A stretch of DNA of 64,000 nt from an uncultured cyanobacterium (GCA_963740315.1 CAVUDP010000002.1:3040001-3104000); one strand, 5' to 3'. Positions 32,052 to 43,506 are shown, numbered from the stretch's first letter. Numbers and translations are program-made. Notes: generated by a model from the sequence alone, not told the origin.

Positions 32052-34058
32052 ATGTTAGAACAAGGTACTATCAGTATCCATACTGAGAATATTTTCCCGA
32101 TTATCAAGAAATCTCTTTACTCAGATCATCAAATCTTTTTACGGGAATTGGTATCAAATGCCGTTGATGCGATCCAAAAGCTGCAAATGGTGGCTCGCTC
32201 TGGGGATTTTTCAGGAGAAATCGGTGAATCGGAAATTGTACTTGCTGTAGATAAGGATAAAAAAACTCTTTCTATTACCGATAATGGCATCGGTATGACG
32301 GCAGAAGAAATCAAGAAGTATATCAACCAGGTTGCTTTCTCTAGTGCTGAAGAATTTGTTCAGAAGTATCAAGGTGAAGCCGATCGCCCAATTATCGGTC
32401 ATTTTGGACTCGGTTTTTACTCTTCTTTCATGGTGGCTAAACAGGTTGAAATCGATACTTTATCTTACAAGGAAGGTGCAGAGCCAGTTCACTGGAATTG
32501 TGATGGTTCCCCAAATTTCACTTTAGAAGAATCATCCCGCACTACTCGCGGTACTACTATTACTCTTCACCTGATGGAAGAGGAAGAAGAGTTTGTTGAA
32601 GAAGCACGAATCAATAATCTTGTCAAGACCTACTGCGATTTTATGCCCGTACCCATCAAGCTTGATGGTGAGGTATTAAACCGACAAAAAGCACCGTGGC
32701 GCGAATCTGCCAGTAATTTGACTAAAGAAGATTACCTGGAATTCTACCGCTACCTGTATCCTTTTGAAGAAGAACCGCTACTTTGGGTACATTTGAATAC
32801 CGATTATCCCTTCATTGTTAACGGTATTCTTTATTTTCCCAAATTAAAGCCCGATGTTGACGTGAGCAGAGGACAAATCAAACTATTCTGCAATCAAGTA
32901 TTTGTTAGCGACAACTGCGAAGAAATTATTCCTCAATTCTTGTTGCCCATGCGGGGCGTAATTGATAGTAGCGACATTCCGCTCAACGTATCCCGGAGTG
33001 CATTGCAAGGCGATCGCACCGTAAAAAGAATCGGCGATTACGTTGCCAAGAAAGTGGGCGATCGGCTCAAACAACTGTACCGCGACGACCGCGAGCAGTA
33101 CATTTATGCTTGGAAGGATTTAGCAACTTTCGTTAAATTTGGGGTGATGAATGATGAGAAGTTCCAAAAGCAAGTAGAAGATATCGTAGTTTTTCGTACT
33201 ACTAAACAAACGGACAAGCAAGCAGCCGTAGAAGCAGACACCCCCGCAGTGGAAGTACAGTCTCAAGAAGGCGACGTTTGGCAAGATGTTACTCCAGGTG
33301 GAGAAGCAGAACAAAATCCCGATGCTGCAACTAAAAAATTGCCTTACGTAACCCTCAAAGAGTATTTAGAACGCAACAAACAAAACCACGAAAACCGCGT
33401 CTTTTACTGTACCGATGAAGCATCACAAGCCGCTTACGTAGAATTACATAAAAATCAAGGTTTAGAAGTCTTATATTTAGACTCCTTCATCGACACCCAC
33501 TTTATCAACTTCCTCGAACGCGAATACAACGAAGTCAAATTCACCCGCGTAGACTCCGACTTGGATAACACCCTGCTAGACAAAGATAAATCCGAGGAAA
33601 TAGTAGATCCAACAACCAACAAAACCAAAGCCGACACGATCAAAGAAATATTTGAGAAAGCCCTCAACAAACCCAAACTCAACATTCGTACAGAATCCTT
33701 AAAATCCGACAACCCCCAAGGAACACCACCAGCAATGGTGCTTTTACCAGAAATACTGCGTCGCTTGCGAGAAATGAACGCCATGATGCAGCAGCAAACA
33801 GTAGAATTTCCCGAAGAACACGTATTATTAGTTAATACCAGCCATCCACTGATCCAGAACCTAGCAAATCTCAACCAAGGTACTATCATTCAAGATGGCG
33901 GACAATCGCCCACGAGTGAGTTGGTAAATTCAATTTGCCAACACGTTTATGACTTAGCCCTAATGTCCCAAAAAGGCTTCGACGCAGACGGAATGAAATC
34001 CTTCGTACAACGTTCCAACGAAGTACTTACAAAGCTGACAGAACAAGCGGCGAAGTGA
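32052..34058 (+). CDS. htpG: Chaperone HtpG (Hsp90)
   Basis: FLRELVSNAVDA, DNGIGM, IGHFGLGFYS, DIPLNVSRS. Confidence 0.97.
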   Translation: MLEQGTISIHTENIFPIIKKSLYSDHQIFLRELVSNAVDAIQKLQMVARSGDFSGEIGESEIVLAVDKDKKTLSITDNGIGMTAEEIKKYINQVAFSSAEEFVQKYQGEADRPIIGHFGLGFYSSFMVAKQVEIDTLSYKEGAEPVHWNCDGSPNFTLEESSRTTRGTTITLHLMEEEEEFVEEARINNLVKTYCDFMPVPIKLDGEVLNRQKAPWRESASNLTKEDYLEFYRYLYPFEEEPLLWVHLNTDYPFIVNGILYFPKLKPDVDVSRGQIKLFCNQVFVSDNCEEIIPQFLLPMRGVIDSSDIPLNVSRSALQGDRTVKRIGDYVAKKVGDRLKQLYRDDREQYIYAWKDLATFVKFGVMNDEKFQKQVEDIVVFRTTKQTDKQAAVEADTPAVEVQSQEGDVWQDVTPGGEAEQNPDAATKKLPYVTLKEYLERNKQNHENRVFYCTDEASQAAYVELHKNQGLEVLYLDSFIDTHFINFLEREYNEVKFTRVDSDLDNTLLDKDKSEEIVDPTTNKTKADTIKEIFEKALNKPKLNIRTESLKSDNPQGTPPAMVLLPEILRRLREMNAMMQQQTVEFPEEHVLLVNTSHPLIQNLANLNQGTIIQDGGQSPTSELVNSICQHVYDLALMSQKGFDADGMKSFVQRSNEVLTKLTEQAAK

Positions 34059-34296
34059 TATAAGGTCAAAGGTTAAAGGTTAAAGGTTAAAGGTAGGGAG
34101 TAGGAATTGGGCATGGGGAATAGGTGGGAGTTAGGAGTTAGGAGTTGAGAGTTAGGAGTTTTAATTCTCTCCTTGTCCCCTTGTCCCCTTGTCTCCCCAT
34201 CTCCCCATCCCCCCATCCCCCCATCCCCCCATCTCCCCATCCCCCCTCTCTCATATAAAATAGAAAATTACGTTAAAAAATAGGAGATTCTTCAAT

Positions 34297-34533
34297 ATGT
34301 CTCGTGTATGTCAATTGACTGGTAAGAAAGCTAATAACGCTTTTGCGGTTTCTCACTCTCACCGTCGTACCAAGAAACTTCAACAGGCTAACCTGCAAAG
34401 CAAGCGGGTTTGGTGGGCTGAAGGTAATCGCTGGGTGAGACTAAAGCTTTCTACTAAGGCAATCAAAACTTTGGAAAAGAAGGGTTTGGATGCAATGGCT
34501 AAAGAAGCTGGAATTAATCTCAATCGTATGTAA
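34297..34533 (+). CDS. rpmB: 50S ribosomal protein L28
   Basis: [20 protein letters not shown]. Confidence 0.98.
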   Translation: MSRVCQLTGKKANNAFAVSHSHRRTKKLQQANLQSKRVWWAEGNRWVRLKLSTKAIKTLEKKGLDAMAKEAGINLNRM

Positions 34534-34587
34534 GTTGGAATTGCGGGTAATTAAACAAATATTGCCTTTACAACTCATCAAGTTTTT

Positions 34588-34623
34588 AAGCCCACATATG
34601 TCATGTATGTGGGCTTTGTTTTT
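34588..34623 (+). terminator. Probable intrinsic terminator after rpmB
   Basis: AAGCCCACATA...TATGTGGGCTT hairpin followed by a T-rich run. Confidence 0.65.
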
Positions 34624-34776
34624 GGAGGTTTAGCCGCAACTAATACATTAATTTTGCTGGGTAAAGAGGTTCGTAGTAAGTGCTTTAGCGCTCCGGATTT
34701 AGTACTAAAATCGGCACGTCGGACTCATCTATAAAGGGGTGTAGGCGACTTTGCGAAAAATTATGCGTTATATCCC

Positions 34777-34920
34777 TTGGGCAGATGTTGCATTGGGCAG
34801 ACGTTGCATTGGGGAGACGTTGCATTGGGCAGACGTTGCATTGGGGAGACGTTGCATTGGGGAGACGTTGCATTGGGCAGACGTTGCATTGGGCAGACGT
34901 TGCACTGCAACGTCTCTACA
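34777..34920. repeat. 8 x 16-bp tandem repeat TTGGG(C/G)AGACGTTGCA ending in a complete palindrome
   Basis: Direct reading; ends AGACGTTGCACTGCAACGTCTCTAC. Confidence 0.92.
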
Positions 34921-35433
34921 TACATTTTTGGTGAAGAAATTTAATGTCTTTATAATAAAATCCGCAATATTTTTTAAGACGGCTGATAACTTTACCGTTG
35001 CAAGTGGGTACTATAACTTTAGTCTGCTAATCACAACTTCATAAAGTTGTCTTGAGCTAATACTAAATTAAGTAAAAAATCCGCAAAAATCCCATGTAGC
35101 TATGGCTTTATTTTTCTCCGTCGGCTATAAATTAAATAATTCCGATAATTTTATTTTTGACCGGAAAAACATAAAAAATTTACCAAATTAAAATAGCACT
35201 TTTGTTTGATTTGTGAAACTTTATGATGCCAAACGCTGCCAACTAAAACAAGTTTTAGGTTGGCTATGTTTATATTTCATTTCTCTTTCATAAAAACTTT
35301 GCAGTAGCGATTTTGTTACTGTATTCGGGATTGAAACATCCGCGTGCCTGAGAAACTATAGGCATTATTTTCAAAAACTTTAAAAATATTTAATTTCAAA
35401 AATCGCATTAAAACTCTTGATAGGAAAGTAGCT

Positions 35434-38400
35434 ATGTCAAAAAATCGTAAGTTAGTCAGGGCAGTTCAAAACTTTTACCAACGGTTTCAACCTAATCCAT
35501 CTACTGTAAAAGAACAAAGTTTATGGCTTTTACGAAGTTTCATAGTTACTAAGAAGCGACCGGAATGGGTTAATGCTGGTTTTGTTTTACCAACGGTGGC
35601 GATGGTTTCGTTGGTAGTTGTGTTGCTGACTGTAGCAATTTTATTTAGGTCGTTTGAGCGTTCTAAGAATGTAAGTAATGTCAGAGTTAACCAGGTAGTT
35701 CTGAATGCTGCATTACCTGCTATCGATCGGGCTAAGGCGAAGATTGATAAGTTACTTCAAGACCCGACTCTACCGCGTTCAACTCCATCAGATGGTTCTC
35801 TTTATACTGCTATTACTAAAGATAAAAAGCTTGCTGATTATACATTTGGTGATGAAACTCCTTTAGCTGTTAAGTATGACATTAATGGGAACGAAACTAT
35901 AGACACTGATGAGACACAATTAGAGAGAAAGGAAATTAAGAATACTGCTTGGAGATTTCCTGTAGATACTGATAATAACGGTAAATACGATAGCTTTACA
36001 CTTTATACAATTAACTTTCGTAGCCCCAGTCGAGGTGCTGACGGTAAATTTGACCGCGCTCGCAGTCCTTTAGATGCTAGAACACCTCCTATGGATGATG
36101 GCTCATTGAGCGGAGCCTGTGCGGGAGCAAAAGGTAGTAGTTCAAGTTTGATTGGTGATTCTGGCTGGTATAAGTCAGGAGGTAACTTAAAGAAGAGCTT
36201 TTTTGTTTATGTTGCTACCGTACCGATTACTGATGATAGTTTTGTTGATGGTGATAAATACGAAACATTTAAAGGTAATCAAGGCTTTTCCGCTGTAGAA
36301 TACCAGCAAGATCAAGAGCGGATTCCAATTGTTAACAATGCGGTTGTTTACGAAGATGATTTAGAAATTACGCCTGGTGCAGGATTAAAGCTTAACGGAA
36401 GAATTTTTACCAATAGTAATTTACTGACGGCAACAATTTATGATGATATTCGCTTATATCAAGTAAGCAGTCCAAAATCTTGTTTTTATGAAGCAGAATT
36501 TAGCAAAATTATAGTTGGCGGTAATCTTGGTTACGGTCGTATTTTTGGTTCAAATAGAAGAAACCCCGTTCGAGTAGACTTGTTTGATAAAGACAATGCA
36601 AACGGAGCAAAGGCAAGTATTGAGGGTGATACTAGGTCTGCTAGCAATAGCTCTGCCGAAATAGCCTACAATGCTCAAGCTTATGCACAAAGAATTGATT
36701 TACAAGTACAAGAAGCACTTAAGTTATCTACTGAACTTGATGATTACAGCAAAGATCCACAGGAAGTACAGCAAAGTATTAAAGCTAAAGTCGAAGATGA
36801 GAACAATACCAAAAAAGTTGAAGATATACGTCGGGAAGAACTAGAAGCTTACTTTAAAAAGCGTACACGTAAAGTTCCTTTTGCAGATCCCGCTCAAACA
36901 GTTACAAGCGTCACTCTTCAAAATGATGGTACCGATCCAGATAAAGGTGTTAAGGGATTAAGAGGACCCGATCAATGGATTTATCCTTTTAGCCTTACTA
37001 GCAATAGTACAAATTATACAGGACTAAGCCTTTTTCTTGATAGACTACCTGCTACAGCGCCAAACAAACTGACAGAGTTTTATAAGGGAAAAGAAAAATT
37101 AATTGGCGATCGCATTTTAGTTGGTAATAATTTACCTGCTCGGTGGTATAGCCCAAATGAAAACGATTTTGTAGGAAATAAAGCGAATCAAAAAGTTTTG
37201 CCTCAACAAGAATGGAGTGATTTTTTTCAGGATGACGACGAAAACAAATATCGTTACCGCAATACTAGAATCGAACAGTTAGTTAGCCTTGAAAACGCTA
37301 CCAAACGAAATGACTTTTTTGAGCAAGAAGCCACAAAGCAGCCAAAAAGTCCCCTGGATAATGTTGGCGGTATGCGTGTAGTCACGGGAGCGGGTATTTA
37401 TGTTGACGGTAGTACAGACTATCCCCGAGGTACGAATATATTGGCTCGTGAAGCTCCTGAATGGGATACAAACTTTGTAGATACAACGAATTCAGATACA
37501 AACCGAGTTTGGCTTAACAGTCTCAATTTTAATAACGATACTACAAAACCACCGATAAAAGTTTGGTCGGATTCTATGCCGATGGGCGATCCAGCTGCAC
37601 TAACATCGAGAGGCGACTTATTAATGAGGGCAACTGCTGTTTATCACTATAAAGATAATCACGGCAAAGATCAGACACCCATCGCTTGCGTTAGCAGCTA
37701 TTATGACCCGACAAATGCAACTACTGCTCAAAATAATTCTACTGTAAGAAGTTCGTGGGAAAATCCAGATGCCGCTCCAGGGGTCAACAACGGTAAATCT
37801 AATAATGGTATTGTTTATCCTTCCTACAGTGGAGCCAGATCGAGTGCCATAAGTACGTATCGGACACAACTAGAAAATCAGGCAAGATTAGTATATCCTA
37901 ACGGGCGTTTTGTTAATGAACCTTTAAGAAACGCTATGCAACAGCATAGTGCTAGCAAACCTCTTTCAATGGCTGATAATTCTGCAATTGATACGGCAGT
38001 TTGTGCCATTGAAATTCTTGCAGGTACATTGACACCTAGCGCCAGTAAAATACCTCACGGAACTATCTACGAAACTTCATTCCTAGATGCCAGACAAGTC
38101 AAATCAATTGAAGACACACCGAATACAGCCGACCCAAGTATAAATGCAGATTACAACGCTAGCTTAGAACAGCGTCAACCATTGGAAGTGCGCGTTACGG
38201 TTCTAGATATGAACCAACTGCGTCAGACAACGATTGGTACTGCTTCACCGACACAGGAATATTTACTACCAAACAGCGGCATTATTTATGCTACCCGCGA
38301 TGACGCTCTTCTCGATTTGAGCGTCCAACCCGGTACAGGTCAGAATAACATTGCATCTCAAAAGAAAAATATTGATCAAAGAAAGTTAATCAGTCCAACT

Positions 38401-40539
38401 GACTACAAAGTTGACCCTACTCGTCGTGCAAACGGCATCATGCTGATTAATGGAGCGCGACTAGACCGAGAAGAGAATTATAGAGACGCAGAAAAAGGCT
38501 TAATTTTAGCAACTAATGTTCCTGCATATGTAAAGGGTAATTTTAACCTTCATGCCGAAGGAGGTAATGCGGGTAATCTAGTCGAAGAGTTTGAAGATCA
38601 GTTAAGAGATGATGACGGAAATATAGATTGGGGTAAGTTTTATACACGCGCTGCAACACGCGATAAGAATTTTGCTTGTCGTAAAGAAGATCCAAGGCTT
38701 CCCGACTGTACTCAAGGAGATAGCTGGCGACCTGCTTCAGTTTTAGCAGATGCTGTCACCATACTTTCTGATAATTTCCGCTTTGGTTTTCGTAATGAAG
38801 GAGACTTTGATTTAAGAAATAATGCAGGTAATGCTGTCATTCCTCAGTTTGACTTTAATGGTGATGGAACCGTAGACAGCAACGATACAGGTAACGAAAC
38901 TCTGCTTCGGATTGACCTTAATGGTGATGGGGATACGACCGATCCTCAAGAAATTTTGCTTGCTGACCTTAATGGTGATGGAGATGCAAATGACACTACT
39001 GTATCTGGAGAAAACCCAGTTAGAATTGCCGCGATTCGCAGAGTATTAGGATTTTTTGAGAATAACTTCCTTAGTAGTGCCGATTGGTTTGATGCGACTA
39101 GTAATATAGACGCTCCTAAAAACGATTTCGATCCTAATACAACTGGTAATCAGTCAGGAAGTTCCTATGTAAACAACTTTGTCACCCCAATTCAACGGCG
39201 AGTGTTGTTTGGCGAATATGTAATGGAAGTTTGCCGTACAGTACCTGTAGAACGATGTCGTCCGCAAGATTGGGTTGTTTTAATTGATGAAGATGGTAAT
39301 CCTGCAACACCATCAACTACACCTACAGTAACAAGAACTAGTCAACTACAGGTTGCAACAAGTGCAACCACTGGGACACAGGCAAATTTACTTGTATCTG
39401 GTACAACGGCTCAACTTGCCAACGCGCAGAACCGACGTTTTGCCCGCAGAATAGCTTTTTTACGTGATAGGAATAACAGATTAGTACTCGATCGAAATGG
39501 TTATCCAGTACCTTTGGGAGTAAATTCAAATGGCAGGGTCACTTATTACCCATACAATGATATAACTATTCCATTTCAAGGCAACGTATTTGACCCTAGC
39601 GTTACAACGACACAAAATTTCCTTGCTTTCAGTCGCACTAATGCAGCCCGACGACCTCGAAGAGTTAACAGAGCGCTATGGTTCAGAACTGCCGACGACA
39701 CTAATTTCAACAACGGTCTAACCAGAGGAACTAATTACGGCAACGAACGCCCACTGTATTTTTCAAACCAATTAATACGAAATACTGGTTTCGCTGCTCC
39801 TGCTGGTAATTACCGAGAGGGTACCACCGAGCAACCGCTGTTAGTACCAGTGCTACAAATCCATATGCCACATGACGAGTGGACTGCTAATAACGGGGAC
39901 CCTGGTACAGATCGAGATAACCTACCTGGCACTACAAAAAGAGGTTTTGCCAGAGAAAGAAACTGGTTGGTAAGAGCGACTAACACAACAACAAATCTAG
40001 CCATAGTTGGTGGTGATACTCCCTCAGCCGGAAACGAGACAAACGGTGGTTTAGAAAACTTTGTACGTTACTTAGAAGATTGGGCAATAAATAATACCAA
40101 TGATCCCCCCAAGTTTAATCACAACTTAAGTGGTTCACTTATCCAATACAAACGTAGTACTTATGCTAGTACACCTTGGCAAATTTTACGACAAAATAGG
40201 GGCGCAAGCATTTTCGGCTCTGATTATCCACAACTGTATCAAACTAACACTAGTAGTGGAACAACGCCATTTTATACACCACCTTCACGTCAATGGGGTT
40301 TTGATGTAGGTTTGCTATCTCAGCTACCTGACTTGTTTGCCCAAACCTTCACCTTACCGCCTACAAGTGAGCCTGATGAGTTTTTTAGAGAGGTAAATCG
40401 AGATGATAAATGGGTAAAAGCTTTACTTTGTGCCAAAACTGCAAATGTAGGTACGGATAAGATTGAAATCACTGATAACAATGCAGTTCCCGATAGACAG
40501 CGCCCAGCTCAATTCTGTCAAGAAAAAGCAGGCGGTTAA
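35434..40539 (+). CDS. hpsA: Hormogonium polysaccharide biosynthesis protein HpsA
   Basis: Prepilin-like GFVLPTVAMV segment, GGLENFVRYLEDW, large size, first gene before three pseudopilins. Confidence 0.85.
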   Translation: MSKNRKLVRAVQNFYQRFQPNPSTVKEQSLWLLRSFIVTKKRPEWVNAGFVLPTVAMVSLVVVLLTVAILFRSFERSKNVSNVRVNQVVLNAALPAIDRAKAKIDKLLQDPTLPRSTPSDGSLYTAITKDKKLADYTFGDETPLAVKYDINGNETIDTDETQLERKEIKNTAWRFPVDTDNNGKYDSFTLYTINFRSPSRGADGKFDRARSPLDARTPPMDDGSLSGACAGAKGSSSSLIGDSGWYKSGGNLKKSFFVYVATVPITDDSFVDGDKYETFKGNQGFSAVEYQQDQERIPIVNNAVVYEDDLEITPGAGLKLNGRIFTNSNLLTATIYDDIRLYQVSSPKSCFYEAEFSKIIVGGNLGYGRIFGSNRRNPVRVDLFDKDNANGAKASIEGDTRSASNSSAEIAYNAQAYAQRIDLQVQEALKLSTELDDYSKDPQEVQQSIKAKVEDENNTKKVEDIRREELEAYFKKRTRKVPFADPAQTVTSVTLQNDGTDPDKGVKGLRGPDQWIYPFSLTSNSTNYTGLSLFLDRLPATAPNKLTEFYKGKEKLIGDRILVGNNLPARWYSPNENDFVGNKANQKVLPQQEWSDFFQDDDENKYRYRNTRIEQLVSLENATKRNDFFEQEATKQPKSPLDNVGGMRVVTGAGIYVDGSTDYPRGTNILAREAPEWDTNFVDTTNSDTNRVWLNSLNFNNDTTKPPIKVWSDSMPMGDPAALTSRGDLLMRATAVYHYKDNHGKDQTPIACVSSYYDPTNATTAQNNSTVRSSWENPDAAPGVNNGKSNNGIVYPSYSGARSSAISTYRTQLENQARLVYPNGRFVNEPLRNAMQQHSASKPLSMADNSAIDTAVCAIEILAGTLTPSASKIPHGTIYETSFLDARQVKSIEDTPNTADPSINADYNASLEQRQPLEVRVTVLDMNQLRQTTIGTASPTQEYLLPNSGIIYATRDDALLDLSVQPGTGQNNIASQKKNIDQRKLISPTDYKVDPTRRANGIMLINGARLDREENYRDAEKGLILATNVPAYVKGNFNLHAEGGNAGNLVEEFEDQLRDDDGNIDWGKFYTRAATRDKNFACRKEDPRLPDCTQGDSWRPASVLADAVTILSDNFRFGFRNEGDFDLRNNAGNAVIPQFDFNGDGTVDSNDTGNETLLRIDLNGDGDTTDPQEILLADLNGDGDANDTTVSGENPVRIAAIRRVLGFFENNFLSSADWFDATSNIDAPKNDFDPNTTGNQSGSSYVNNFVTPIQRRVLFGEYVMEVCRTVPVERCRPQDWVVLIDEDGNPATPSTTPTVTRTSQLQVATSATTGTQANLLVSGTTAQLANAQNRRFARRIAFLRDRNNRLVLDRNGYPVPLGVNSNGRVTYYPYNDITIPFQGNVFDPSVTTTQNFLAFSRTNAARRPRRVNRALWFRTADDTNFNNGLTRGTNYGNERPLYFSNQLIRNTGFAAPAGNYREGTTEQPLLVPVLQIHMPHDEWTANNGDPGTDRDNLPGTTKRGFARERNWLVRATNTTTNLAIVGGDTPSAGNETNGGLENFVRYLEDWAINNTNDPPKFNHNLSGSLIQYKRSTYASTPWQILRQNRGASIFGSDYPQLYQTNTSSGTTPFYTPPSRQWGFDVGLLSQLPDLFAQTFTLPPTSEPDEFFREVNRDDKWVKALLCAKTANVGTDKIEITDNNAVPDRQRPAQFCQEKAGG

Positions 40540-40658
40540 TAAATATTTCAATCTTTGATTTATTAGCTTAATTTCATGGGGAAGAAATGAGATAAAAAGA
40601 AAATTATTTTCTTCCCTACTTCTTATTTCTTCTCAGTCAAATAGACAAAACGCAAATC

Positions 40659-41387
40659 ATGCTTAAACATCAACTCCAGCAACTTTCTGCTAAAAAGAAT
40701 CAAGCCGGTTTCACAATCATCGAATCTTTAGTAGCAGTTATCGTACTTGGCATTTTAATGACTGCGATCGCTCCGACAATTGTTCTTTCAACTGCAACAA
40801 GAGTTCAATCAAGACGTGTAGAGCTAGCGACTTTAGCAGCCGGAGCTTATATTGATGGCGTAGTTTCTGGAAACATTCCCGCTCCGCCTATTTCAAAAGT
40901 TGACGAGGACGACGATAATCAAAAAACCAACGATATGGTAGCAGCTCCTGGAACAAGCTTAAGGTGCAATGACCTTGACAATCTTAGAGAAGAGAAAGGT
41001 TATTGTACTTTACCTGAAGATAATTCATATAGAGTTTACTGTGTTGATGGTAGTGGTGATGGGAAATGTACCCAAAATGAATCAAAAGACATGATTGTGC
41101 AAGCATTTGGTTTTAACCCACAATCAACAAACGCTACAGAAGGTTATAAATTAGGCGTTCGAGTCTATAGAGCAGATGCTTTTAGTGATAATAAGGCTTT
41201 ACAAAAGAATGTCGATGGAGAAAAAGCAACACAATCAACTTTTACTGGTGGGCTGGGTAAACGCAAAGCACCTTTAGTACAAATAACAACTGATGTAGTT
41301 GTTCCGGGACAAACGACATTTAAAAACTGGTGTTCTCGTTTGACAGATGAGAATAACTCAAATTCAAATAAAAAGTGCATTAATTAG
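40659..41387 (+). CDS. hpsB: Pseudopilin HpsB
   Basis: Type IV prepilin motif GFTIIESL, ATRVQSRRVELA; position after hpsA. Confidence 0.8.
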   Translation: MLKHQLQQLSAKKNQAGFTIIESLVAVIVLGILMTAIAPTIVLSTATRVQSRRVELATLAAGAYIDGVVSGNIPAPPISKVDEDDDNQKTNDMVAAPGTSLRCNDLDNLREEKGYCTLPEDNSYRVYCVDGSGDGKCTQNESKDMIVQAFGFNPQSTNATEGYKLGVRVYRADAFSDNKALQKNVDGEKATQSTFTGGLGKRKAPLVQITTDVVVPGQTTFKNWCSRLTDENNSNSNKKCIN

Positions 41388-41419
41388 CAATCAAAAAATA
41401 GTAAAGAATCGCACGCAAC

Positions 41420-42523
41420 ATGATAAATAAACCTTATTTTTTTCTTAAATATCATCTTCGTAAAAAGCCTTCTCATATTACTAGCAAGAATAGCGGATTT
41501 ACCCTTATCGAACTTTTGGTAGCAATGATTCTTGCAGTCTTGGTGATTACACCTTTACTAGGCTTTATGGTTAATATTTTAAATACTGACCGCAAAGAAC
41601 AAGCCAAAGTCAACTCAGAACAAGAAATTCAGACAGCCCTCGATTACATTGCTCAAGATTTGAAGCAAGCTATATACATATATGACGCAAAAGGTATAAA
41701 AGCTATACAAGATCAACTTCCCTACGCTAGCGATGCAGATAAAGTACCCGTATTAGTATTTTGGAAACGTGAATTTAAAAAAGGGGCTATTAGCGGTTCT
41801 TTTACAGGTACAAATGATGGTTTTGTTTATTCTTTAGCAGCCTACTATCTGATTCAAAGTAACTCTACTAATAATGCCAATAAAATTTGGTCTAATCAAT
41901 TTCGTATTGCCAAATTTGAATTAAATGGTGGAATTAAAGACCCAGATGAACCTTTTCTTTTAGATAGTCAAGGAAGATTCGTAGAGGATGCAAATGATAA
42001 GCCAATACCTAAATATATTACAGACCCTGACCCAGGTTTTGCTTTATTTGAAATTGATAATCCAGCAATCACAGGTACAGTTGAAAATAAAATGAATAGC
42101 TGGGAAAAAGGTAGTGAAGATTACCAACTTAATAATACTGCGGTTCTAGTTGATTACATTGATGCTAGCCCAAAAAATGCTTCGGCATACCCGGAATTAG
42201 AACCTATTGACTGCACTATTGTATTTGACTTAGACAGGATACCAGATGCAGAAACAGCTTTAAAAGCGAGTAAAACAGCAGCACAGAGGGTTCCATCTTT
42301 TTCCGGAACTCATAGCTATTCTACTAATGGTGATTTAAACAATGGTAGCTTTTATGCTTGCGTAGATGTAGACAGAATATCAGCGAAGGTATTTATTAGA
42401 GGAAACTCTTATGCTCGGATAAATAATGGAGATACAAATTACAATCAAAATCGTAAATCTTATTTCCCAACAGCTAGCTCTCAAGTAAAAGCCAGAGGAA
42501 TTCTTGGTGCATTTAAAGAGTAA
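41420..42523 (+). CDS. hpsC: Pseudopilin HpsC
   Basis: GFTLIELL, ALDYIAQDLKQAIYIY, PVLVFWKR. Confidence 0.8.
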   Translation: MINKPYFFLKYHLRKKPSHITSKNSGFTLIELLVAMILAVLVITPLLGFMVNILNTDRKEQAKVNSEQEIQTALDYIAQDLKQAIYIYDAKGIKAIQDQLPYASDADKVPVLVFWKREFKKGAISGSFTGTNDGFVYSLAAYYLIQSNSTNNANKIWSNQFRIAKFELNGGIKDPDEPFLLDSQGRFVEDANDKPIPKYITDPDPGFALFEIDNPAITGTVENKMNSWEKGSEDYQLNNTAVLVDYIDASPKNASAYPELEPIDCTIVFDLDRIPDAETALKASKTAAQRVPSFSGTHSYSTNGDLNNGSFYACVDVDRISAKVFIRGNSYARINNGDTNYNQNRKSYFPTASSQVKARGILGAFKE

Positions 42524-42612
42524 AAATTAATAAATCCAAGACTTTAAAATTAACAGATAAAAATGCTTGCTGATTTATAGAAGTATTTTACTAAAAACTA
42601 TTTAAACAACTA

Positions 42613-43308
42613 ATGAAAAGTACGTTATTCTCAAACCTGCTACAGCAAACTTGCTTGCAAAAAACGTCTGCAAAGCATAAATCAAATCAACCGCGTTATC
42701 GAAATAATCTTAATAGTTCAAATTCTGGTTTTACATTACTTGAAGTCTTGGTAACGATAGTTATCGTCGGTATTCTTTCAGCAATAGCCGCACCGAGTTG
42801 GCTATCTTTTGTTGCTAGACAACGACTAAACAAAGCTAACGATACTGTTTTAGCAGCATTAAGAGAAGCACAAGCAAAAGCAAAAAATACTAAATTTTCT
42901 TACAGTGTTAGTTTCACAACCAAAGATGATGAGCCTAAAGTATTCATTCATCGTCATGATATAGAACCCCGCGACGAAGACTGGTACAGCTTAGGAAGAG
43001 ATTCAGGAGTTAATACACAAAAATTCTTACTCGGTACAAATTTAGCAGGTAAAAACACTAAAATTGATGATAATCAAGCTGTACCCTATGGTAATGATTT
43101 TGATGAAGACAATCCACAAACTATTACCTTCAATTATCAAGGTATTTTGGAATCAACAGGTGGGAATCCTTCCGATACAGGTTTAAAAGTTGTACTAGCT
43201 ATACCTAAGCCCGATACCCCTACACAAGCAAGTGACATAAAACGCTGCGTAATTATAGAAACCCTTATCGGTGGAATACGAACAGCAAAAGACGAAGATT
43301 GCGATTAA
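42613..43308 (+). CDS. Pseudopilin (HpsD-like, FimT/GspH type)
   Basis: GFTLLEVL..AIAAPSW, C-terminal KRCV..TLIG..C. Confidence 0.8.
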   Translation: MKSTLFSNLLQQTCLQKTSAKHKSNQPRYRNNLNSSNSGFTLLEVLVTIVIVGILSAIAAPSWLSFVARQRLNKANDTVLAALREAQAKAKNTKFSYSVSFTTKDDEPKVFIHRHDIEPRDEDWYSLGRDSGVNTQKFLLGTNLAGKNTKIDDNQAVPYGNDFDEDNPQTITFNYQGILESTGGNPSDTGLKVVLAIPKPDTPTQASDIKRCVIIETLIGGIRTAKDEDCD

Positions 43309-43372
43309 TAAACATAACTAAATCCACACAACAGACAAAATATCAAAAATTCAATAATAATACTGAAGCAAT

Positions 43373-43418
43373 AACTGCACCTGAACGAAGAAAATTAATA
43401 CATCGGGTGCAGTTTTTT
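43373..43418 (+). terminator. Probable intrinsic terminator after the pseudopilins
   Basis: AACTGCACC...GGTGCAGTT followed by a T run; long loop. Confidence 0.5.
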
Positions 43419-43506
43419 ATTTCTATTTTCATCTGAATTGTAAATAAATAAAATTCACTTTCATCTACCTTAAAAACATAAAATTAACATAATTTGAATA
43501 AGCGCT

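Noticed and set aside
34685..35044. ORFs 34685-34873 (-) and 34751-35044 (+)
   Set aside because: Translations of the 16-bp tandem repeat; no protein-like features
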